From a virus: a stretch of 64,000 nucleotides of DNA. The stretch lies in the IMG/VR virus record IMGVR_UViG_3300044695_006747, positions 96,001 to 160,000 of that record. One strand, given 5' to 3'. Under the pieces are notes generated by a model. The model saw only the letters and a list, made by a program, of their open reading frames with translations, did no database searches and was not told the origin of the DNA. Numbering within the stretch: the stretch's first letter is position 1; the number at the start of each line of letters is the position of its first letter. Both the position numbers and the translations under genes were made by a program. Below, one piece after another: positions 58,024 to 64,000 of the stretch.

Positions 58024-58295
58024 TAGCGCGTGTTGGAGTCGAACCAACCTTTTGAATACCTTATCTTACCACTATAACTTTCGTTACCCAAATGGTTTGT
58101 GGTCTGGACTTTATCTTTACCATAACTTTAGTTTTAGGTACTGCCTGTCAAGTCTCTACACCTTACTATTTAATAGTCTTGGCTCGGTATTAGCATTTTA
58201 AAGCCTTCACCGAATTTAAGCAGTTCTACTCTACTGGTTTCCCAGTAGGCACTCATAATTTTAAGAGTATGTGCAACTACCGGCTGCAACGCGCC
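58024..58295 (-). tRNA. trnI: Intron-containing tRNA; spliced anticodon UAU (Ile)
   Basis: Exons 58295-58263 and 58064-58024; acceptor GGCGCGT/ACGCGCT, T-arm GTTGG-TTCGACT-CCAAC, anticodon arm ATACT-CTT^ATAA-GGTAT. Confidence 0.82.
58065..58262 (-). mobile_element. Group I intron (IC3-like, 198 nt, no ORF)
   Basis: P1 CTT/GAG with U-G, P2 GAAA loop, P3 CTGCTT/AGGCAG, P4 TTCGGT/ACCGAG, P6, P7 GAGACT/AGTCC, P8, P9 GAAA loop, terminal G, P10 TTAT/ATAA. Confidence 0.92.
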
Positions 58296-58326
58296 ATATT
58301 GTAAAAGATCAACCACCAACTCTCGT

Positions 58327-58355
58327 ATTATACCTTATCGACCAATCCCTGTCAA
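58327..58355 (-). promoter_or_regulatory. Sigma70-like promoter TTGACA-N17-TATAAT for the intron-tRNA
   Basis: ~30 nt upstream of tRNA 5' end; spacer contains TCGATA. Confidence 0.75.
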
Positions 58356-58897
58356 CCCTTGAGAAATTTTTCGTAATAGTGGCGATAAAAACCCATAATT
58401 ATGCCACTAGTTGTTCCAACATTTAAAGACCTAACACTTCCATAAGTAGGAATAGTTAAAACACAACTACAAGCCATAAGAATCTTTTCTGATAAACCAG
58501 CATTTTCTTCTCCAAAAATAAAAATTGGTTCATCAACATTGGAGAAATCAAAATTAAAAGGATCGAATGTAATATCTTTGTATTCTGGAATATTATTTTC
58601 AATAGCAATTAATGTACGACCACTTGACGAATGTGATTTAATAAAATCTTCTTCAGTTTTATGATGATACATTGGGGTATAGTGGTGGGTTCCTACACTA
58701 CCTCTTTTATCCCATTTCTTTTTGCCTACATAATGAACGCTACGAAATCCAAAAAAATTAGCATTACGAACCATAGTGCTAAGATTAAAATCTCCACTGA
58801 TATTAATCATTGCAACACTAGCGGGAATACTTTTATCCTGACAATATTTGGCAATATCTGGTATAGCCAAGTCTTTCAAACTATCAAGCACGTTCAT
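58352..58897 (-). CDS. SpoU/TrmH-family RNA 2'-O-methyltransferase
   Basis: DFNLSTMVRNA, FGEENAGLS, IPTYGSVRSLNV. Confidence 0.88.
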   Translation of the reverse strand: MNVLDSLKDLAIPDIAKYCQDKSIPASVAMINISGDFNLSTMVRNANFFGFRSVHYVGKKKWDKRGSVGTHHYTPMYHHKTEEDFIKSHSSSGRTLIAIENNIPEYKDITFDPFNFDFSNVDEPIFIFGEENAGLSEKILMACSCVLTIPTYGSVRSLNVGTTSGIIMGFYRHYYEKFLKG

Positions 58898-59177
58898 CTT
58901 TTTCCAATTTTCTTTGTAAGCCTTTTAATTCTTGTTCTAATCTAACTATCTTGTCATACATATCAGAACAACGTTGACATATATCGGAACTAATATAGGC
59001 TCTTGTTTCCCATATTTCTTCTTTTAAAAAAGATACTCTATCAAGAATCTTTTCTCTTTCGTTTTCGCTTGGGTTTGTCATTTTTTGGAGTCTCCTTTTG
59101 CCAAAAAACCATTTCATTAAGTTCATCGTCCCAAGCACATTCAACCAAATCTTGTGCTGCCAGTTTAGCCAAACCAA
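58884..59177 (-). CDS. Small coiled-coil protein (probable start MTNPSE)
   Basis: ORF track; upstream part overlaps neighbouring gene. Confidence 0.5.
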   Translation of the reverse strand: MVWLNWQHKIWLNVLGTMNLMKWFFGKRRLQKMTNPSENEREKILDRVSFLKEEIWETRAYISSDICQRCSDMYDKIVRLEQELKGLQRKLEKDERA

Positions 59178-59421
59178 TATTATGAATCCAAATCGTTATC
59201 TCATCAAAAATTTTTTGATTAGCATCTTCGTTTAGTAGTGGGTAATTATTATCGTCATAACCAAGGCAATTACTTTTAACTAAACCAACCATTTGATTGA
59301 TACTGATATAGTCATCCAAATTATCCTCATGACTATTTTCACTAATATTTTTAGCCGCAGCCTCTCTCATTTGAGAAACATAACCATCGAGATTATTAAT
59401 AGCGTAAATTTCTTCGCTCAT
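59041..59421 (-). CDS. Hypothetical protein, probable paralogue of 38672-39082
   Basis: Shared layout: LDGY/LDNF start, LDDY/LDKI, (A)WDDE/FDDE...VFW end. Confidence 0.65.
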   Translation of the reverse strand: MSEEIYAINNLDGYVSQMREAAAKNISENSHEDNLDDYISINQMVGLVKSNCLGYDDNNYPLLNEDANQKIFDEITIWIHNIGLAKLAAQDLVECAWDDELNEMVFWQKETPKNDKPKRKRKRKDS

Positions 59422-59432
59422 GATTTCTCCAA

Positions 59433-59696
59433 TTACTTGATAAATTTAGATACACCAGCAGATTCTTCAGAATCATCTTTAATACGGTCAATCGTATCTT
59501 GTAGAGTTACCTCGCCTCTTGGTAGCCATTTTACATCATTATACAGTGCTGTCAATATCTGAGGCATCCAGTGCTGATAAGCATCTGAATATTGGTCTGG
59601 AAAATAAATCTGTAGCACAGCGTCTATTTTTTTAAGAGATTCTGCTATTTCTTCTCTCAAATCAAGCAAATCATTTATTTTTGATTGATTATTCAT
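59433..59696 (-). CDS. Hypothetical protein
   Basis: 87-aa ORF in operon. Confidence 0.6.
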   Translation of the reverse strand: MNNQSKINDLLDLREEIAESLKKIDAVLQIYFPDQYSDAYQHWMPQILTALYNDVKWLPRGEVTLQDTIDRIKDDSEESAGVSKFIK

Positions 59697-60121
59697 TAAA
59701 CGAGTTCTCTGGCCGACTCCTGATGGTCTTTCCTTTTCAGTTTAAGAATCTTGTGCTTAACCTTCCAAACTCCAGTCTCAGGATTCTGGTAATCTGGCCC
59801 CATATAAATATGAGCAAACCCTGCGTTCTTGTCCAAACCCCAAGCATGAATACCCTTACTATCAATCTTCTCAACAACAAACTTACCTCTATAACCCATA
59901 GGAATAAGTTCGCCACTGTGGAGGAAATATGGGCCTCCTCCAACCTTAATCTTGTCTCCCTTTTCCAGTTCCTTCCAATTAAAATCTTTTACAATTTTAA
60001 GTGTTCGCTTCTCCTTATTGGTTATTTTAAAAGAGAAAACATGGTTGCAGTTTTTGCAAACATAGGCTCGCGGCCCAACCATATTGGAACAATTCGGACA
60101 AGTCTTTTTACCCTTTGGCAT
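59696..60121 (-). CDS. Zinc-ribbon protein
   Basis: CPNC...CKNC; RBS ACAGGAG. Confidence 0.7.
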   Translation of the reverse strand: MPKGKKTCPNCSNMVGPRAYVCKNCNHVFSFKITNKEKRTLKIVKDFNWKELEKGDKIKVGGGPYFLHSGELIPMGYRGKFVVEKIDSKGIHAWGLDKNAGFAHIYMGPDYQNPETGVWKVKHKILKLKRKDHQESARELV

Positions 60122-60154
60122 CGGTAGTCTCCTGTGTTGGTGTTGAATACTCTA

Positions 60155-60182
60155 TGTATATCACACTTATCGGCGTTGTCAA
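60155..60182 (-). promoter_or_regulatory. Sigma70-like promoter TTGACA-N16-TATACA
   Basis: Spacer contains CCGATA. Confidence 0.65.
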
Positions 60183-60400
60183 GCGGTTTTCTTTAGACCA
60201 TCCACGATTGTGAGTTTACCAGGAACATAATGACAAAAATAACTAGAATGAATTTTTCGTTTAATTAGATTATCTTCTTCAATTTCTGTATAAACATTAA
60301 TTCTATAGCGATTCTCCCAAACATTAATAATCTTAGTCATAAGATGATTTCTAGGCTTAGGCACTTGCTTAAAAAGCAGACTTTCAATTTCAAGATCCAT
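60179..60400 (-). CDS. Hypothetical protein
   Basis: 73-aa ORF. Confidence 0.6.
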   Translation of the reverse strand: MDLEIESLLFKQVPKPRNHLMTKIINVWENRYRINVYTEIEEDNLIKRKIHSSYFCHYVPGKLTIVDGLKKTA

Positions 60401-60606
60401 TAGTTGTTTTCTCCATCAGAGCGTGTTGCAATAGTAATATAAAGATTATGAAATTTTGGATCATTCATTTGGAGTAAATCTGCTTCGTAGAATTCACCAA
60501 GATATTTGTCGAATACCACAACTTTTTCTTGCCAATCAAACTTACCAAATCCTTTAATATCATTTGCTTGTTGGTGAAGAAAATTATATAGATCAAGCCA
60601 ATTCAT
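60400..60606 (-). CDS. Hypothetical protein
   Basis: 68-aa ORF. Confidence 0.6.
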   Translation of the reverse strand: MNWLDLYNFLHQQANDIKGFGKFDWQEKVVVFDKYLGEFYEADLLQMNDPKFHNLYITIATRSDGENN

Positions 60607-60657
60607 TTATCTAGCCCTCCGAAAAATAATTAGTTTTGTGGATACAATCGGTTAAGA

Positions 60658-60876
60658 TTATCTAGCACGACGATTAGCACGATGAAGAATTCTAAGTGTT
60701 TCTGTAGCATTTGCAGGACAAACGATTAGGTCTGGTGCAGTTTTGTGAGAAAAATTCATAAAACCCACAGCACGATTTTCTACGCTACAATCTTTGCAAA
60801 TCATTTTGCGACCAGTTTCAACCAGAAACTCGTAGCGATCAAAATCAATATCGTTTTGACAATAAATACAGTTCAT
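60658..60876 (-). CDS. TraR/DksA-like C4 zinc-finger protein
   Basis: CIYCQNDIDFDRY...ICKDC. Confidence 0.6.
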   Translation of the reverse strand: MNCIYCQNDIDFDRYEFLVETGRKMICKDCSVENRAVGFMNFSHKTAPDLIVCPANATETLRILHRANRRAR

Positions 60877-60896
60877 TGGTATCCTCCTGTCAACGG

Positions 60897-60924
60897 ATTA
60901 TACCATAGTTGTCGGCATTGTCAA
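60897..60924 (-). promoter_or_regulatory. Sigma70-like promoter TTGACA-N16-TATAAT
   Basis: Upstream of GGAGG RBS of the TraR-like gene; spacer contains CCGACA. Confidence 0.7.
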
Positions 60925-61356
60925 CTCGTCGGCTGAAATCAAAATTCCAAAGTTGTCACTAAAATTGCCACAATCTGTGCTATAATAAACATCGTTTAAT
61001 CCAACACTCTGCAATAGTTTATTACAATTTTCACAAGGCTTACTCCCTAAGATCAATCCTTTTCTGTTAATACGCATAACAACAATTGACCAACTAGGAT
61101 CAATGGTATTATAACTATCAAGCAATTTAGAAACCAAATGACTTTCAGCATGAAAAAATGGATACTCCTTGTATTTAGGAAGATTAAAATCTTCACCTAT
61201 TCTATAAGCACCAGTATGAGTTTTAATAGGATTGTTTTGTGTGAAACCAATAAGTTTTGTTCCATCATATGCAGCAGCATAGTGGTAGCATCTAATTAGT
61301 CTGGTCGGATTCCAGTTGTTGTATGCTCGTCGTATTGTCTTGTCTATTATTTTCAT
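60898..61356 (-). CDS. Cytidine/dCMP deaminase-fold protein
   Basis: HAESH and SKPCENC zinc motifs, VYYS. Confidence 0.75.
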   Translation of the reverse strand: MKIIDKTIRRAYNNWNPTRLIRCYHYAAAYDGTKLIGFTQNNPIKTHTGAYRIGEDFNLPKYKEYPFFHAESHLVSKLLDSYNTIDPSWSIVVMRINRKGLILGSKPCENCNKLLQSVGLNDVYYSTDCGNFSDNFGILISADELTMPTTMV

Positions 61357-61489
61357 TATTTCTTGCCAATACTGGCGGGCCTAGATTTGTATCGTGTACT
61401 TCCCAGATTTCATTATCAGTTAATGGAATTCTTTTTGGTTCTTTAATTCTTGGGTTATCTGTTAGTGGTATTCGTTTTGGTTCTTTCAT
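61292..61489 (-). CDS. Small protein with tandem KEPKRIPLTDN repeat
   Basis: Two copies differing only at synonymous sites. Confidence 0.6.
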   Translation of the reverse strand: MKEPKRIPLTDNPRIKEPKRIPLTDNEIWEVHDTNLGPPVLARNNENNRQDNTTSIQQLESDQTN

Positions 61490-61644
61490 AAAATATCCTT
61501 ATTTTGATGCTAACATATATAAGCCGACATTGGCAAAAGCATAGCCAATATATGTAATTAACATAGCAATATTTTTATGCACAATATATTGCTCTAATGC
61601 GACATATAAATAAACACATCCAGTAAAAGCAATCAACCATGCGC

Positions 61645-62607
61645 TCATACAATAACTCCTTTACAGATTTCGGCGTGATGCTCTATAGCATAATCTTTTG
61701 CTTTCAACTCCATGTCAATATCAAATTCTAATCCATAGTTGTCAAATGGATTTTCAGCATAGTCAGCATGAGCCCTTGGATTATTTCCGGGCTTGCTTTC
61801 ACTGTAATGAAATAGTGGACGATATTCTCCCCATGTAAGATAACAAGACTCCAATGCTTCTTGTTCCTCCATATTATCTGGATTACACTTGTGATGCAGA
61901 TAGTCAAAGGTAATTGGTATGTTTGTGGCTGGATTAAAATGTTCGATAAGTTCTTTCACACTCCAGCAGTTAATTTTGTCATCATTTTCAATAACCAGTC
62001 TGCTCCTGCAATTAGAATCAAGACGATTAAAATTTTGAATAAAGCGACTAATGATCTCAGAGTGTGTTCCATTTTTATTGTGTACATGAAGGTTCATCGG
62101 AGCATTATAGTTTGCCGGTAGACCAATACGATCAAAAAACCAACTATAGAAATTGAGTTCAATAATAGTTTTATTAACAGCCTTATCGTTCATAGATGCA
62201 AGAACATTAAATTCGCTTGGATGACAAGTAACACGAACATTCGTGTTCTTGATAGACGATGCGATATTATCGAATTCATTATTGATAGAATCGTAATTAG
62301 GCAAATCTTCCAACTTTACATTTGCTTCGTCATAAGTAATTAGTGGAAAAATATCACTACTAACACGATAAACATAGTTATTTTCAGCACAAAATTGTAT
62401 GGTCTTGTCTGTGACCATAAGATTGTTCTGGATTCTGCCTCCAAGAATGGTTAGTGCTTCTTCTCTTGGTAGCGAATTAAATCGCTTGTAAGTCATAGTT
62501 TGATGACTAAAACCCTGCTCTTTGAGTTTGAGGCTAATGCAGCAAAGACCGTATCTGTTCATAGAATCTCCTTGGTCACAGTATATCACAGTATCGGCCA
62601 GAGTCAA
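61645..62607 (-). CDS. uvsE: UV damage endonuclease (probable start MNRYGLCC)
   Basis: GLCCI, YRVSSDIFP, HPSEF, IENDD, FDYLHH, HYSES, HADY, ELKAK. Confidence 0.92.
   Translation of the reverse strand: MTLADTVIYCDQGDSMNRYGLCCISLKLKEQGFSHQTMTYKRFNSLPREEALTILGGRIQNNLMVTDKTIQFCAENNYVYRVSSDIFPLITYDEANVKLEDLPNYDSINNEFDNIASSIKNTNVRVTCHPSEFNVLASMNDKAVNKTIIELNFYSWFFDRIGLPANYNAPMNLHVHNKNGTHSEIISRFIQNFNRLDSNCRSRLVIENDDKINCWSVKELIEHFNPATNIPITFDYLHHKCNPDNMEEQEALESCYLTWGEYRPLFHYSESKPGNNPRAHADYAENPFDNYGLEFDIDMELKAKDYAIEHHAEICKGVIV
62580..62607 (-). promoter_or_regulatory. Sigma70-like promoter TTGACT-N16-TATACT for uvsE
   Basis: Upstream of AAGGAG RBS; spacer contains CCGATA. Confidence 0.7.
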
Positions 62608-62798
62608 GCCGCTTCTTGAGAGATTTCTTCAACAGATAGAATCTTTACGAGAGAAAATTCTATACAAGGAAAATGTAACTTAAAATTAGACAGTGCTTCT
62701 TCTGATGAGCATCCGTCATATACTTGATTAATTAATAGATTTTGTTTTGATAGGTCATTGTTCTTGAAAACTTGTGCGGTAATATTAAATATTCTCAT
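62604..62798 (-). CDS. Hypothetical protein
   Basis: 64-aa ORF. Confidence 0.55.
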   Translation of the reverse strand: MRIFNITAQVFKNNDLSKQNLLINQVYDGCSSEEALSNFKLHFPCIEFSLVKILSVEEISQEAA

Positions 62799-63306
62799 AA
62801 ATATCCTTCATAAAAGTATTTATATCTTCCAATCGTTTGTACTGAATCTCGTATCGACTTTGATCGTAAGTAAAATTATTGGTTTGTGTTCCAGCAGGAG
62901 CAAAATTTGCTAGGTTAAAAAAGTTTTCTTTAGATATGATCCCACATATCCATGCTATGCTAAAATCATTTTTAACTCTACTAAATATATAATAGTCTGT
63001 GTTTCTTGATTTTTGTTCCTCATAAAGAGTAGCAGAAAAATAATCTAATGGCTTGGAGTTACATCCCTGTGCTTTAGAGTCCAGAGTAATATCATTAAAT
63101 ATAAAATCAACAACATCGCTGTCGCTATATTTTATATCTGGAAATAATGAACGAACACAAGCCTCTGCCAAATAGCCAGTCATTCTTTGTCTGTCTTTAT
63201 TTGTTCTATGTGTTCCAATATTTCCAAATTTATTTTTATAGGCAAGATTCCTATTAGATGCTTCGTCAAAGATTTGACGAGTTATTTTTACTGGTACTAT
63301 CGCCAC
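62785..63306 (-). CDS. Putative PD-(D/E)xK nuclease-fold protein
   Basis: GYLAE...DFIF...LDSK...DYYIF. Confidence 0.5.
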   Translation of the reverse strand: MAIVPVKITRQIFDEASNRNLAYKNKFGNIGTHRTNKDRQRMTGYLAEACVRSLFPDIKYSDSDVVDFIFNDITLDSKAQGCNSKPLDYFSATLYEEQKSRNTDYYIFSRVKNDFSIAWICGIISKENFFNLANFAPAGTQTNNFTYDQSRYEIQYKRLEDINTFMKDIYENI

Positions 63307-63932
63307 GACAATGCCTCAGATATAATGGGGAATTGTTCTGAAAAAATTTCCTTACAACTGTTAGCAATATCCATGTGTTCTTTTTGAGTTCCGTTAGATG
63401 ATCGCAGCTCAATATAATGCACCCACGAGCGAATTGATCCGCTCATATAAAGTCTAGTTGGAGTAGCAAGAGGTAAAACAAACCTAGCACACTCTTTTGC
63501 TATACCATCTCTAATCATTTGTTCATACAATAATTGAGCATTTCTAAAATGATCTGATATTCTTGCATACCAATATTTCTTTTCATAGTCATCAACGCTA
63601 TCTATACTATTTTGTCTATTTTTTGTATCTTGTTTTCGCAAATCAAATAAAGGTATTTCTTCCGCTAAAAGAGTAGCGTCAGCATATCTTTGACTAAATT
63701 CTTGAAAAGTAAAACTACGATGACGTAAAATTTGTGCGGCCAATCCTCTTGTAGTATTTATTTCGAGAGTCATATAAGCCATTTCAAATATAGACCAATG
63801 TTTATGATCTATACAATACTTGAGTAGTCTACTTATATTATCATTATCTTGATTCTTTGGATTGCTTACTCTTGCACAGTATGCTATTTGTTTTTCTGCG
63901 TCAGGAGTTACACTAATTAATTTTACGTTCAT
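63297..63932 (-). CDS. thyX: FAD-dependent thymidylate synthase
   Basis: HWSIFE, QILRHRSFTFQEFSQRY, ARFVLP, RSWVHYIELR, QKEH. Confidence 0.95.
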   Translation of the reverse strand: MNVKLISVTPDAEKQIAYCARVSNPKNQDNDNISRLLKYCIDHKHWSIFEMAYMTLEINTTRGLAAQILRHRSFTFQEFSQRYADATLLAEEIPLFDLRKQDTKNRQNSIDSVDDYEKKYWYARISDHFRNAQLLYEQMIRDGIAKECARFVLPLATPTRLYMSGSIRSWVHYIELRSSNGTQKEHMDIANSCKEIFSEQFPIISEALSWR

Positions 63933-64000
63933 TATTCCACCATTTCATAGTTCTATCCCATACTGGTTTAAAAAAATACGCTGTAATCACGCTAGAAATA

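Noticed and set aside
58256-58270. Reading the unspliced sequence CT-TAA-AA as a tRNA-Leu(UAA) anticodon loop
   Set aside because: No anticodon stem closes around it; these bases start the intron, and the stem closes only with the 3' exon, giving UAU
1-64000. CRISPR array, rRNA or stop-codon reassignment
   Set aside because: No regularly spaced repeats or rRNA seen; conserved enzymes are full length in code 11 and TAA, TAG and TGA all end genes

Overview
This 64-kb window is a segment of a large AT-rich lytic phage genome. It is gene-dense, read in the standard genetic code, and transcribed almost entirely on the minus strand; the only credible plus-strand genes are two free-standing homing endonucleases. 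A Tat-signal DUF1501 gene and a Planctomycete-style vWA protein point to a Planctomycetota host (inference). Contents: recombination, replication and repair genes (RecA/UvsX, RuvB, RepB-type primase, ATP ligase, OGG-like glycosylase, UvsE, EndoVII, rIIA/rIIB); nucleotide metabolism (class II RNR, PhoH, dCMP deaminase, GuaC, ThyX); a ~12.5-kb glycan island with a ColD/ColC-type colitose pathway and a split transketolase; a tail-fibre and membrane-protein block; four protease classes; an actin-fold protein; SET, macrodomain and kinase-like enzymes; and a sigma factor. RNA genes are tRNA-Leu(UAA), a tmRNA, and the most striking feature: a tRNA interrupted in its anticodon by a compact 198-nt group I intron that splices to an Ile(UAU) anticodon. 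That tRNA lies tail-to-tail with an HNH nuclease and downstream of a SpoU methyltransferase. Several unannotated RNA structures and two promoter classes are also visible. Family calls rest on motifs recognised by eye; no searches were run.
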